Assembly (NCBI GenBank): GCA_038087875.1
Contig: CM075981.1
Location: 1,302,001-1,366,000, forward strand
Reading direction: 5' to 3'
Source: Malacoraja senta
Lineage: Eukaryota
Length of the DNA stretch: 64,000 nt
The translations under genes were made by a program, and so were the position numbers. Of this stretch, positions 1-12,733 are shown piece after piece (position 1 is the stretch's first letter; each line of letters starts with the position of its first letter). The notes beneath the pieces were generated by a model. That model was not told the DNA's origin. It saw only the letters and a list, made by a program, of their open reading frames with translations, and searched no databases.

Positions 1-15
1 CAAACCTGCATAATT

Positions 16-192
16 TACATAATCCAATTACCCTGCAAACCTGCACGACCTTGGAATGCGGGGGGGGGGGGACTGGAGCACTTGGAGAAAACCCACGCGG
101 TCACAGGGAGGAGGTACAAATTCCGTAGTCAGGATCGAACCCGTGCCCCTGTCGATGTAAGGCAGCAACTCTACTGCTGCGCCACTGTGCCG
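16..192 (-). mobile_element. Antisense V-SINE; copies at about 9905..10122, 37865..38088 and 47995..48207
   Basis: Reverse complement of the tRNA head (GCAGCAACTCTAC..TGCGCCAC, GGATCGAACCC) and of the V core (GGAGAAAACCCACGC). Confidence 0.78.
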
Positions 193-228
193 TCTACACC
201 TGGCGCCAGAGTTGTTACCAGCACTCCT

Positions 229-1162
229 GCTTGCTATCTGGACTACACTTCTTCCCACCCTGCTTCCTGTAAGGACTCCATCCCCTACTCTCAATTCCTC
301 CGTCGACGCCGCATCTGCACCCAGGATGAGGTGTTCCATACCAGGGCATCGGAGATGTCCTCGTTCTGCAGGGCATCGGAGATGTCCTCGTTCCCCTCTT
401 CTACCATAGATAAGGCTCGCACCAGGGTCTCTTATATACCCCGTGACTCAGCTTTATCTCCCTATCCGCCCACTCGTAACAAGGGCAGAGTCCCCCTTGT
501 CCTCAACTTCCAACCTACCAGCCGTCACGTACAACAAAGAATACTCGGTCATTTTCGACACCTCCAACGTGACCCCACCACTTGCCCTTGCAACCACAAG
601 AAATGCTACACTTGTCGCTTTACCTCCCCCTTAACTCAATTCAAGAATCCAAGCAGTCTTTCCAGGTGCGGCACAGGTTCACCTGCACCTCCTCCAACCT
701 CATCTGTTGCATCCGCGGCTCTAGATGTCAGCTGCTCTACATCGGTGAGACCAAGCGTAGGGTTCGCGATCGCTTCGCCGAGCACCTCCGCTCGGTTCGC
801 AATATCCAACCTGAACTCCCGGGGGCTCAGCACTTGAACTCCCCCTCCCATTCCAAATCCCAACGTTCTGTCCTCGGCCTCCTCCATGGCCAGGGTGTTG
901 GCCACCGTAAATTGGAGGAGCAGCACCTCATATTTCGCTTGGGCAGTTTTCACCCCAGCTGTATGAAAATTGACTTCTCTAATTTCAGGTAGTCCTTATT
1001 GTCTCCTCCACTTCTCAGCTCTCCCTCAGCCCTCTGGCTCCACCTCTTCCTTTATTCTTCCCCCCCCCCCCCCACCATCCTCACATCGGCCCGAAGTTGC
1101 CTACTGCCTGCGCTCCATAGATGCTGCCTCACCCGCTGAGTTTCTCCAGCGTTTTTGTCTAC
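229..1162 (+). mobile_element. Penelope-like element fragment (RT C-terminus, GIY-YIG endonuclease, terminal repeat)
   Basis: YLDYTSSHPASCKDSIPYSQFLR..RIC in ORF 82, and CTSSNLICCI..C.LLYIGETKRR..DRFAEH...LEEQHLIFRLG in ORF 582..992. Confidence 0.9.
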
Positions 1163-1325
1163 CCCCTGCTTGTAATGATAACATCTCCCATTTGCTACAA
1201 ATCACACTGAAGAATCATTACCCTGTCTGTTTAGCCAATTAACTCCTTACATCGGACAACCATACTCCCTTGTTCAACTGGAAGTGAAAGCAGTGAATCT
1301 GACTTTTATTTCCTTGTTCCAACAG

Positions 1326-1374
1326 GTCTTGAATATTCTTGTGAAAATTCGATAACATCCAATTACACTGCAAG
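1326..1374 (+). CDS. Stalk mini-exon (G)LEYSCENSITSNYTA of the upstream paralog
   Basis: ttttatttccttgttccaacag acceptor, AAG|GTAAAC donor, 49 nt, phase 1-2, open. Confidence 0.65.
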
Positions 1375-3459
1375 GTAAACCACTATTTTTGCAATGAAGT
1401 TACAACGTACTAATTGCTGGTGTTTTCATTGGAAATGCTTTATTTGCGAGAAAGTTGTGCCTTCCTTTCACTGGCATTAAATGCCGTGAGAGTATTGATC
1501 TGCATGCACAGTGGCACAGTCCGTAGAGCCGCAGCCTCACAACGCCACGACATAGGTTCATTAGGTGCTGTCTCTGTGTGGTCTGCATGTTTTGCCTTTA
1601 ATTGTGTTGGTTTCATTTAAGTGCTCCAGTTTCCTCCCAGCTCCCAAAGATGTGCCAGTTGTAAATTGCCCGGTGTGTACAGGACAGCGGTTGAATCTGT
1701 GGAAAGGGGGTGGGGCGGGGGAAGGAGGGTGTTTGACGGTGGTGGTAGTTGATGAGAAAGTGGGGAAAATAAAAAAGGGATTTACACAGGATCCGTGTGA
1801 ATGTAGTTGACTGTCGGCACAGACCTGCAGGGCCAAATGGCCTGTTTCTATACTGTGTTTCTCTATGGATCTTTGATCCAATTAAAGCAAACATTGAAGC
1901 ATAATCAAATTTTGTACGTTCCGCCATCATCACATTGAATGGCGTTGCTGGCTAAAAGGGCCAAATGGCCTACCCCTGCGCCTATTGCTTATTGTGTATT
2001 GTCTATTGTTTCATTTGCCTGACACCAAATATAAATTTATCTCTTAACATTCTTTAATAATATGTATATAACTTGCAAACCAGTTATTATTTAACTCCAC
2101 AGAAGGGGCTTTACACCGGGTTTACCTCATTGTGTTGTGTATATGCTTGCATGATAAGAACAAGTTCCTCCATTTGCTGCTTTTCCGAGAGCGTTCCCTG
2201 CAGAATTCACCATGCCTTCTCCATCACTAACCTCATCGCAAGCTGTGAGATTAATATAGTTGCCTAACCCAAGTCTTGCAGTTTAGCTTTGCTGTGACGC
2301 TGTGGTGTGATGCTGATAGGAAAATGCATTGTGAATTATGGGATTAGACACCCCCCTTGATATCACTTGTGGCAACACTTTGCCATTGATGGAGTCATGC
2401 ACCAAAAATCCGCTGGCGCAGAATGTGAGAAAACAGTCTTGAATCAGACGGAATACAGCGAACTGAGTTAACACACGCTCTCTTACACATTGAACAATGA
2501 AAGCATTAAAAAATAAATATCCCTGAATATTCCTTCAAAATATAGTCATGAAAGTGGGTACACTTTGTTATTTATCTTATTACAATTGAAATAGATCTGG
2601 CTTTCTATCACACTCTTGTGTTATGCTTGCGTTAGGAAATAAGAACATTAATAAAAGCCACGCCGTTATGAGCGAACCTTTAACCGATTTTTCGAACACG
2701 ATTCCTTCATCCACACACCTACCGCGTTAATCCAAGTTATATCGAGGGTGTGAGATTAAGCATTATCATTTTAATTTATTTTATTACTTGGCCTCATCGG
2801 TTTCCATATTTATTGCCCCACCTCCCACCATCAGAATTGATCCCTTTTTATTATTCCTGCCTATCCATATGGATTTAATTATAATCTTCCTTGCAGCTGC
2901 ATTTTCTTTCTTCCACGGTATTACACTGTTCTTTGTATCCTTACACATGCCCAGTTTCCCTCTCCCGTGGCTCCCAGTCTGAAGAAGGGTCTCGACCCGA
3001 AACATCATACATGGGGTCATGCACCAAAAATGCGCTGGCACAGCAAGTGAGAAAACAGTCTTGAATCAGACCGAATACATCGAAATGTTTTAACTGACGC
3101 TCTCTTACACATTGAACCTTGAAACCTCCCTCGTTGTGTTTCTCCAGCATTTTGTGTCTATCTACTCTACATTCATTGCTCCATCTAATGACTTATTTCT
3201 GTCTTCTCCGAATCCATTTAACCGTGTTATCTCTCATTCCCAGCCTTGCAGTAATGAGGTCAGTAATTGGTGATCATAAGTTGTCCCCCACACCGCCCCA
3301 GTCCAACACCCGTTCTTTCTCCAAGCTGATCTCCATTGGCTCTGCTGCTTGGCCCCGCTCCACTTCACCAAGTGTATGAAGCAAATAACAGGTATATGTT
3401 TGAAAGATAAACCATAACGTTTCCTCCCAGTGATTCTGTATCTCTTGCCCTTTGCCCAG

Positions 3460-3550
3460 TTACATCGCATGGAATGTGGGGCGCTGGATGTTCTTTCTCC
3501 TGCTTGTGATCTGGAGTATCTCAACCGCGGTGTTCACAAGAGGCTCTAAG
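3460..3550 (+). CDS. Transmembrane exon of the upstream paralog, (S)YIAWNVGRWMFFLLLVIWSISTAVFTRGSK
   Basis: TTTGCCCAG acceptor, AAG|GTAGGA donor; lies within ORF 3452..3754. Confidence 0.75.
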
Positions 3551-3574
3551 GTAGGATTTCTTGTCATCATGATC

Positions 3575-3900
3575 ATAAATTATAGGAGCAGAATTGGGCC
3601 ATTCAGCCCATTATATCTATTCCGCCTCAAATCATGGCTGATCTATCCTTCCCTCTCGATCCCATTCACCTTCATTCTCCCCATAACCCTTGACATTCTT
3701 ATTTATCAAGAATATGAAAATCTCTGCCTTAAAAATATGAATAGATTTGGATAGATCCAAAATACTGGAGTAGCACAGCGGGACAGGGAGCATCTCCGGT
3801 GTGAATTGACTTGGCCTCCACAGCCATCTGTGGTAATGAAATCCATAGATTCACCACCCTCTGACGAAAGCAATCCCTTCTCTTCGCCGAATGTATCTAA
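3575..3900 (-). mobile_element. Old antisense CR1 3' fragment in the TM-to-tail intron (duplicate 41882..42205)
   Basis: Reverse complement of the CR1 3' end (ggcctccacagcc..tgtgg..tccatagattcaccaccctct; atcatggctgatcta). Confidence 0.7.
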
Positions 3901-4154
3901 ACGGTTTCCATTAATGCTTTCAAATATACTGTCCATTGATAGAAACAAAAACCGTGCACGTTTTCATATCCTGACGGCAAATCAAATATCCATGTAGATG
4001 ATATCACGAGGTTGTGTGCAGGGTGGATTTCTGTGCCCGGTATGGGTTCGTTGGGGTCCATCTTCCAGCCAGCGATGTGTTGGGAGTGGTCGGTTCAAAT
4101 AAAGCGTGGTTCCCACTGTCAATGAGTCTGATGACTTCACATTGTCTTTTGCAG

Positions 4155-4202
4155 AGACGCGATGAGTCTGAACCTCGGCACTCGGCCCACGAATTACAAT
4201 GA
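4155..4202 (+). CDS. Terminal cytoplasmic exon of the upstream paralog, RRDESEPRHSAHELQ*
   Basis: GTCTTTTGCAG acceptor, phase 0; forms the end of ORF 4014..4202. Confidence 0.65.
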   Translation, partial: RRDESEPRHSAHELQ

Positions 4203-4604
4203 AGACACCTAACTTGCACCAACAGTGAGGGAATTGTGCATCGCGATGTAATATTTATGCATCATCCTGCTTTGTCAAATGATATCAATTGGACAGAATA
4301 TACGTCTCTTGCAATTCAACTAGGTTGAAAATACGTCTCTTGCATTTCATGAAAGTGACTTCAAAGCAATGTTCCAAACTTCCCAAACCATATCTGTTTC
4401 CAAAACTCTTTTCCCGCACTGATCTTAATTGTTGTTAACTCTTCCAAGGTTTCTTTCGTCACCTTCGAACTGTTGTTTTAACCTTTGCATGGTTTCCGTT
4501 GCTCCAGCATCTTATACTCTGTTTAACTATATTATATGCATTCAACTTCCTGGAAAAAATGTTTTTCACTGATTAATGAATAATAATGCATCACAAAGCT
4601 TCTT

Positions 4605-4610
4605 AATAAA
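4605..4610 (+). terminator. Candidate polyadenylation signal of the upstream paralog
   Basis: AATAAA followed by GT-rich sequence; homologous to 42912..42917. Confidence 0.5.
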
Positions 4611-4869
4611 TTGTTATTGTCCATAAATTGTTTGTCTAATTTGTTTTGTTTAGACTGTAACTTCAGTGATGAAGAACAGACTGCAATCAGACTGCGGGAT
4701 AATCTTCCGGTTGCCAAATGCGTTTAGGAAAGGCAATCAATTATTCTTTCACACCATGCTATCCCATCAGGACAAAGTTATGCAACGACATTGTTCTGAC
4801 TATTAGCCTTATTTTTCTCTCCACAGACGCGTTACGCACCTCCAACATTTGCAGATTTAATTTCCGATA

Positions 4870-5600
4870 TGCAATTATTTTTTTTGCTTGGAAGGAACTC
4901 CAGATGCTGTTTTAAACTGAAGATAGACATAAATTGCTGGGGTAACTCAGCGTGACAGGCAGCATCTGCGGATAGATCAGGTAGGTTTTGGGCGGACTGA
5001 ACGGCGGTGTTCAGCGATACGAACGTGTTCGCCGAGCCTGCGCTTGTTCTCGCTTATCGGCGATCGTTTTGCAGAACACCGCCGCTCAGACAGCCTAAAC
5101 CTAGCTGACACCCCGGTTGCTAAACACTTTAAGTCCTCCTACCATTCCCACACTGACATTTCTATCCTGGGCATCCTCCATTGTCAGAGTGAGTCCCAGC
5201 GCAAATTGGCGGAGCAGCACCTTATATTTAGCTTGGGCAGCTTACACCCCAGCGGTGTGAACATTGGTTTCTCTAACTACAAGGACCCCTTGCTTTCCCT
5301 TTCAATCCAGCCCCACCCCCATCCCCCACACATCCCCCCACCTGCCCCCCCTTCCCAGATCTCCGATCATACTTGACAGTCTCCGACTACATTTTATCTC
5401 TAATCGCTTTGTTGTTACTTTCTCCCAGCTAACAATGATCTATTATACATTTTCCTTGATTTTCATCCACTTTCATCACCATTAACCAAGTATCTCCCTA
5501 TCCCCTGACCAGTCTGAAGAAGGGTCTCGGCGAGAAACGTCACTCATTCCTTTCATCCAGAGATGCTGCCTTTCTCGCTGAGTTACTCCAGCATTTTTGT
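4870..5600 (+). mobile_element. Penelope-like GIY-YIG 3' fragment with an inverted terminal repeat
   Basis: ORF 5044 (GDRFAEHRRS...LAEQHLIFSLG). The antisense terminal repeat at about 4890..4975 and the sense copy at about 5510..5600 flank it. Confidence 0.8.
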
Positions 5601-5820
5601 ACAACTATTTTTTTTGATTAAGTGATGGAAAGATACAGCATGGATACAGACCATTTGGCCAATCGTGTCCAAGTGAACCAGCAATCAACCCTTTCACACT
5701 GGTTGTATATCATCCCATTTTCGCGTCTTTTGAGTACCGTAATATTGATAAACATTTTAATGCTGCCACGAGTTATTCATTTAGTCCACTGTACAGATGT
5801 GTTAAATGACTATAAATAAT

Positions 5821-6106
5821 GGCCACGGTGGCGCAACGGTAGAGTTGCTGTCTTACAGCGCTTGCAGCGCCGGGGACCCGGGTTCGATACCGACGACGAG
5901 AGCTGTCTGTACGTTCTCCTCACGACCGCGTGAGTTTTGTCCGAGATCTTCGGCTTCCTCCCACACTTGGATTGCTATCAATGTAAATTGCCCTCAGTGT
6001 GTGTGGGATAGTGTTAATGTATGGGGATTGCTGGTCAATGTGGACTCGGTGGGCCGAAGGGCCTGTTTCCGCGCTGTACCTCCAAACTAAACTAAACTAA
6101 ACTAAA
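5821..6106 (+). mobile_element. tRNA-derived V-SINE (HE1-like); copies at 13953..14273, 44132..44417 and 51704..52023
   Basis: A box TGGCGCAACGG, B box GGTTCGAT, V-domain core TTCCTCCCACAC, LINE-derived tail GGGCCGAAGGGCCTGTTTCC and (AAACT)n end. Confidence 0.85.
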
Positions 6107-8039
6107 TTAGTGGAAAGTCTATTCTTGTGCAGAACAAAATGGTTGAGTTGCAGTTTGCAAAGCACGGGGTGTGAAACTGCAAATATATTGTGTTGCTTTC
6201 CTCAGTCTGACTTGTGATGTAACCCCGCCCATGAAAGAACTATGAAGGATGTTGTTTGAAAATAAAAAATGGTGACCTGAAAAAACGGAGTAACCACCAT
6301 AAAGTTCGGAAAGATTCAAAGATTTGGCTAACATGTCCCACTGACAAAGATAAATATTGTCCACACAGTAAGCGGGTTGAGGAGGAAATGAGACTAGAGG
6401 CTGCTTTGAACTCACAAGGGGTGCTGAATAGCCAGATATACTTGCAGATTCTGTGGCCACACTGATGCTGCCTGGCTCGTTCAACGCGAGCTTGTTAATG
6501 GTCTAATGTGAGGAATGATCTTGAATCGGAGCTTTCGCCCACTGCAAGATATCCCAAAGTGCCTCACAGATAGTGAGAGGTAAACGGTTAGAAATGCCAC
6601 AGATAGACATAAAATAGTGGAGCATATCAGCGAGATAGGCAGCTTCACTAAAGGAAAAGAATGGGTCACATTTCGGGTCGATGCCACTGTTGTTTTTAGA
6701 GGTGGGTGCTGGCTTCCAATGTCCTTTAATCTAATATGTTCAAACAGTCATTTCTTTCTTTACACTGAATTGTTCTGTAGTGCTGACACTTTGCTCGCGT
6801 TGCTGAAACAAGGGAGTGTAGATTCGTTTCTCTGAACCGCATCTTGCAAGCACCTGTTGTAACACTGTTTGCTGAGCAGTGTTTGCAGAAGTCATGGGTC
6901 ACAGGCGAATGAAGACAGAATTTAAATTGTTTTGCTGCATCGTCGGTTCCTCTCTGCAGTGTTGTTAGTTGGGCAAGTAAACAGGAAATAGCTCCCAACA
7001 AAAGATCCTTTACTGAGGGTTGCCAGCGCTCAGCTAACATCAGTGGCGGACACATCAGTGTGTTACACCCATGCCACGTGATGCACAACATTGCCACTGA
7101 TGTACACAACCCGAATAAACTGCACTGTTCCCCTTACACACCCAGAACGATAGCCAGCAGCAGATATAATGTTATATCATAATGCAAATGGTTGCATACG
7201 GAATGAAATCGTTCCAGGCAGATGTACAAAATCAGCCAATGGAATGTACATGAACACAACTCTGATAATTTATTCGCTCTGCATTGCAAAGAAGACAAGT
7301 TAACAATTCAATTCACCGTGCATATTCTACCTTGGTTTAACTTCACTAAGTGTATCACTTCGCCCTTATTTGCGGTACATTACACAGGTCAGTTAGACTC
7401 CACATCCCGCTTTCCCAGCTGATCTCCATCATGTGGTAATTCTAGATAAATTTCTTCACATTCCACAACACCATTAATTGTCATTTTCAAAACATCAATA
7501 TCATGACAATAATGCTTCAAAGTTTGGATTAAATAGGTTAAGCGGAGAGAAGAGGGTCAAACTCCAATTAACCTCAGCTGATTTCAGGTGAAAATCCCGT
7601 ACTTCCTCACGCCAGCTTACTGTTTTGCCCCTTGTCACCAGTAATATGCCACAACAAATTTTCCAATGAATATATTTTTGATCTGCCGGTCCACTTACAA
7701 AATCATCAAGAGGTAATGATCCGGAAGTGTACACATCTTAGACGTTTGTCCTCTTCTAAATGTCATATTTTATCCAACGTATCATTGTTTACATGAAGGG
7801 TCCCGACCCGAAACGTCACCTATCCAATTTCTCTAGAGTTGCTGCCTGGCCCGCAGAGTTTCTCCTGCATTTTTTTTGTCTGCCACTGTTCAGTGTTAAC
7901 AGATTCTGAGTACACAGATAACCGCCGCTACATCCTTACGGATACATCATACTCGACGAAGTGGCTGAAGCAGCTGCAATAACAACGTGTATCGGGCACT
8001 TGGACAGGCCCATGGATAGGGAATGTGGTCAGTTTTAAT

Positions 8040-8590
8040 CACCATGTTATACGAAAGATGCTGTCAAAGTGAATAGGGTGCAGAGATGACTTACAAGGAT
8101 GTAGCGATGAGTTGAGGGTCAGACCCACAGGGAGGGGTTGAGCTGTCTAGGACTTTATTTGTTGGAGCGGAAGGAGGATGAGAGGTGATCTTATGACCGG
8201 TACAAAATCATGCGAGGAATAGATCGTGTAAATGCACAGGAATAGATCGTGTAAATGCACATACACTGAGGCATTTGCCCAGAGTAGGTGAATCGAGAAC
8301 CAGGGGACATTGTTTTAAGATGAGGGGAGATTGATTTTACAAGAACCTGGGGAGTAACGTTTTTGCACAAAGCTTGGTAGGTATATGAAACAAACTGCCG
8401 ACGGAAGTAGTTATGGCAGGTTTTCGCAACATTTAGGAATAATTTGGACAAGTACATGAATAGGATAAGTTTAGAGGGTTACGGGCCAAGCAAGGGCCAG
8501 TGGAACTAGTGTAGCTTGGGCGTGTTGGTCAGTGCGGGCAAGTTAGACTGAAGGGCCTGTTTGGACGCTGCATGATTCTATGACTCTATG
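8040..8590 (+). mobile_element. Old CR1/HER1-type LINE 3' fragment; copies at 34960..35540 and 46120..46675
   Basis: Degenerate ..RRGDL..YKI.RGID.. sequence and a gaagggcctgttt..gctgcatgactctatg tail. Contains a 23 bp internal tandem duplication (two units here, three at 35144..35212). Confidence 0.75.
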
Positions 8591-8706
8591 TAGATGGATG
8601 GGTCAGATGCCAACCTGGCGGCTCTGGCTAAGATACAGAGATGTTGGATATTGGCGATTGTTTGATTTTCAGATGTTCCCAGCGTCTGACTGCTACTTTC
8701 CCACAG

Positions 8707-10367
8707 AACCCGTGTCTGTTCCTGTGCTCGGATTTCAGTCACCAGCCAATGACTCCTGTCTCGGGGACTGAGTGACAGTGTCCTGTGAATCGGTCCAGGG
8801 ATCCCTTCCCATTAGCTACAGCTGGTATGAAAAGACCCCATCTGTGGATTCAAAGATCTCAGACAACAATGCCCTGGATCTACATTGTCAATCATTCAAA
8901 CACCAGCTCCATCAATATCACTGCACAGCCTCAAATAAACGCGGATCAAAATCCAGTGAAATGGTCAACGTGTCCATCTCCAGCAGTGACGTTCCCTGCA
9001 GTTTCCCAGTGAAAATCAACGGCACTGGTAAGTCGTGGAGGGAATGAGGAAAAGAAGGGGAATTGAGGGTGGGGTGCTTCATAAGATCACGTGATAGAAG
9101 CAGAAATAGACCAGTCAATCATGGCTGAGCTATCCTCCCCTCTTCACCCCATTCTCCTGCCTTCTCCCCAAAGCTCCGACACCATGAAATCCATGCACGT
9201 TATTTAATTAATTTATCAAGATTTAAATGATGGGATTATGGCCCATTTGTCAATACTTGGTTGTTGGGCGCCAGAAATAGATTTCCAAGTGCTGGTGTAG
9301 ACCAGCTGCCGGGCTAGAACAACCTCTTATGTTCACACAGCTTTAAACTAGGTTTGAAGTGACATCAGTCCAAGCATATTCACTTTCCCACCACCATCTC
9401 CACATTATCCACACTCAGATATGGCAAGGGAATGAATATTAGCAGTAAATGTGGCCACAGTTAACTCCTTGACAACGGTATCAGATTTGGTCCACTGTGT
9501 TAATGTTGACCATTAAGTACCATCGATAATAATCCCATTTACTAGCATCTCGTCCTTTGTGGCAATTCAGGTACCTCCATCTTTTAGGTTTAAAAATATT
9601 TTTGATTGCCTTGAAACATCCTGCTCCTTAACGTAACCATATGTTCTCCACTTTTACACATATCTGCCGTGCAAAATATTCCAAAAATTCCCTGTCTATG
9701 CTGCTCACAGTTTTGCACTGCTGTAATAGATTCCCCCTTCCTCACTTGTCCTGCATGGAATTCAATAAAACCCCTATCCAACCCCTCACCATAACTGTAA
9801 TGTTTCATCCCAAGCAATACTCGTCTCCAGTGAAATTGCACCCTTATTGGTTAGTTTATGGATACAGGTTGGAAACAGGCTCTTCAGCCTACTGAATACA
9901 CAACGTCCGGTAATCACCCGTACACTAGTTCCACAGGGACAATTTACAGAAGCTAATTAACCTGCACGACTTTGGAATGCGGGGGGAAACTGGAGCACTT
10001 GGAGAAAACGCACGCGGTCACAGGGAGGAGGTACATATTCCGTGCAGACAGCATCCGTAGTCAGGATCGAACACTAGCCTCTGGCGCTGTAAGGCCGCAA
10101 CTCTACCGCTGCTCCACCGTGCCATCTACACCTGGCGCCAGAGTTGTTACCAGTACGCCTGCTTGTCATGATAACATCTCCCATTTGCTGCAAATCACAC
10201 TGAAGATGCATTACCCTGTCTGTTAAGCCTATCAACTCCTTACATCGGACAACCATACCTACTTGTTCAACTGCTAGTGAGAAGTAGTGAAACTGACTTT
10301 TATTTCCTTGTTCGAACAGGTCATAATATTATTGTGAAAATTCCATAACATCCAATTACTCTTCAAG
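8707..10367 (+). pseudogene. Dead duplicate of the receptor 3' module: C2 exon 8707..9027 and mini-exon 10320..10367
   Basis: The C2 exon has an in-frame TGA at 8769..8771 (TCA, Ser, in the intact 35663 exon). The mini-exon is 48 nt, a 1 nt deletion that introduces a stop. The TM and tail exons are deleted from this module. Confidence 0.85.
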
Positions 10368-10970
10368 GTAAACCGCGCTGTTTCCAAAGAAACTCACAGT
10401 CACAAATAGCTGTTTACGAAGGAACTGCAGATGCTGTAAAAATCGAAGGTAGATAAAAAATAAGAAGGAATTGCAGATGATGTAAAAATCGAAGGTAGGT
10501 AATCTACCATGTCTGAAGCAGGGTCTCGACCCGAAACGTCACCTATTCCTTCGCTCCATGGATGCTGCCTCACCCGCTGAGGTTCTCCAGCATTTTTGTT
10601 TACCTTCGATTTTCCAGCACCTGCAGTTCCTTCTAACAATACTTATAGCGGGTGTTTTGATTGGGAATGCTTTAATTGGGGGGAAGTTGTGCCTTCCTTT
10701 CACTGGCATTAAATACCGTGAGAGTATTGATCTGAATGCACAGTGGGACACCCTGTAGAATCACAGCCTCACAACGCCAGGACCGTGGTTCATTAGGTGC
10801 TGTCTATGCGTGGTCTGCATGTTTTGCCTTTAATTGTGGTGGTTTCATTTAAGTGCTCCAGTTTCCTCCCAGCTCCCAAAGATGTGTCAGTTGTAAATTG
10901 CCTCTTGTGTACAGGAGAGCGGTTGAATCTGTGGAGAAGGAGGGCGGGGCGGGGGGGGGGTTAGGAAATA

Positions 10971-11835
10971 GTCAAGTCAAGTCAAGTGAAGTGAGTTTAT
11001 TGTCATGTGTCCCTGAAAGGACAATGAAATTCTTGCTTTGCTTCAGCACACAGAACATAGTAGGCATTTACTACAAAACAGATCAGTGTGTCCATATACC
11101 ATAATATAAATATATACACACATGAATAAATAAACTGATGAAATGCAGATAACAGATAATCAGAGTTTTGTCCGAGCCAGGTTTAATAGCCTGATGGCTG
11201 TGGGGAAGTAGCTATTCCTGAACCTGGTTGTTGCAGTCTTCAGACTCCTGTACCTTCTACCTGAAGGTAGCAGGGAGATGATGTGTGGCCAGGATGGTGT
11301 GGGTCTTTGATGGTACTGCCAGCCTTTTTGAGGCAGCGACTGCGATAAATCCCCTCGATGGAAGGAAGGTCAGAGCGATGATGGACTGGGCAGTGTTTAC
11401 TACTTTTTGTAGTCTTTTCCTCTCCAGGGCTCTCAAGTTGCCGAACCAAGCCACGATGCAACCGGTCAGCATGCTCTCTACTGTGCACCTGTTGAAGTTA
11501 GAGAGAGTCCTCCTTGACACACCGACTCTCCGTAATCTTCTCAGGAAGTAGAGGCGCTGATGAGCTTTCTTGATAATTGCATTTGTGATCTCGGACCAGG
11601 AAAGATCTTCAGAGATGTGCACCCCCAGGAATTTGAAAGCTCTCACCCTTTCAACCATCGACCCGTTGATATAAACGGGACTGTGGGTCCCCATCCTACT
11701 CCTTCCAAAGTCCACAATCAGTTCCTTGGTTTTGCTGGTGTTGAGGGCCAGGTTATTGTGCTGGCACCATATGGACAGTTGCTCGATCTCTCTTCTATAC
11801 TCTGACTCATCCCCATCAGTAATACGTCCCACCAC
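10971..11835 (-). mobile_element. Rex1/Babar-like LINE 3' fragment
   Basis: ORF 11257..11835 (NNLALNTSKTKELIVDF...FKFLGVHISEDLSW...KKAHQRLYFLRRL). AATAAA and (CTTGA)n tail on the minus strand. 5 bp TSD AAATA at 10966..10970 and 11836..11840. Confidence 0.88.
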
Positions 11836-12068
11836 AAATAAGAATATTAATCAAAAGCCACGACGATATGAGCGAACCTTTAACCGAATTTTCGAACACA
11901 ATTCTTCCATCCACACACCGACCGCGTTAATCCAAGTAATATCGAGGGTGTGAGATTAAGCATTATCATTTTAATTTTTTAATTAATTGGCCTTTTCTTT
12001 CTCCATATGCATTGCCCCAACTCCCTTCCACCATTAGCAATGATCTTGTTTTATTATTCCTGTCTATC

Positions 12069-12622
12069 GTTCCTCAGTTTTGGTCTCCAAATCTGAGGAA
12101 GGACATTATAGCCATAGAGGGAGTGCAGAGAAGGTTCACCAGACTGATTCCTGGGATGTCAGGTCTTTCATATGAAGAAAGACTGGATAGACTTGGCTTA
12201 TACTCGCTAGAATTTAGGAGATTGAGAGGGGATCTTATAGAAACGTACAAAATTCTTATGGGGTTGGACAGGCTAGATGCAGGAAGATTGTTCCCGATGT
12301 TGGGGAACTCCAGGACAAGGGGTCACAGCTTAAGGATCAGGGGGAAATCCTTTAAGAATGAGATGAGAAAAAAAATTTCACACAGAGAGTGGTGAATCTC
12401 TGGAACTCTCTGCCACAGAGGGTAGTTGAGGCCAGTTCATTGGCTATATTTAAGAGGGAGTTAGATGTGGCCCTTGTGGCTAAAGGGATCAGGGAGTATG
12501 GAGAGAAGGCAGGTACGGGATACTGAGTTGGATGATCAGCCATGATCATATTGAATGGCGGTGCAGGCTCGAAGGGCCGAATGGCCTACTCCTGCACCTA
12601 TTTTCTATGTATCTATGTATCT
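12069..12622 (+). mobile_element. CR1 3' fragment, copy-A specific
   Basis: ...PNLRKDIIAIEGVQRRFTRLIPG... followed by the 3' UTR and (TATCTATG) tail. Uninterrupted site cctgtctatccatatgg at about 50151..50167. Confidence 0.92.
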
Positions 12623-12733
12623 ATATGGATTTTATTATAATCTTCCTTGCAGCTGCATATTCTTTTTCCAGGGTATTACACTGTTCATTGTATCCTTCCA
12701 CATTCCCAGTTACCCTCTCCCGTGATTCTCAGT

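Noticed and set aside
341-393. Duplication of about 28 bp (ASEMSSF twice) in ORF 82..837
   Set aside because: Small local rearrangement within a dead Penelope copy, absent from copy B; no functional implication.
2636-2730. Candidate S/T/P-rich stalk or terminal exon (NKNINKSHAVMSEPLTDFSNTIPSSTHLPR*)
   Set aside because: It needs a phase-1 upstream donor, but the mini-exon gives phase 2. The only bridging candidate (about 2202..2245) creates TGA at the junction.
2835-2982. Hydrophobic ORF (IDPFLLFLPIHMDLIIIFLAAAFSFFHGITLFFV) that looks like a leader or alternative TM exon; also at about 12626, 41143 and 50130
   Set aside because: It lies in the T/C-rich Penelope terminal repeat directly upstream of the hammerhead motif, which translates as hydrophobic by composition. 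The donor is weak and differences between copies are mostly nonsynonymous. Not fully excluded without RNA data.
2391-3117. Repeat of about 100 bp at 2391..2495 and 3012..3117 (also in copy B)
   Set aside because: Only two diverged units, with no spacer array, TIR or TSD that I could define; not CRISPR-like. Probably a small local duplication or repeat fragment.
3244-3391. Possible extra small exons (15 nt at 3244..3258, and one ending AACAG|GTATAT at 3391)
   Set aside because: The first donor is lost in copy B, and the second candidate has an in-frame stop or the wrong phase; no consistent model.
5821-5900. tRNA-like sequence with A and B boxes
   Set aside because: It is the head of a V-SINE, continues into SINE core and tail, and lacks a complete cloverleaf.
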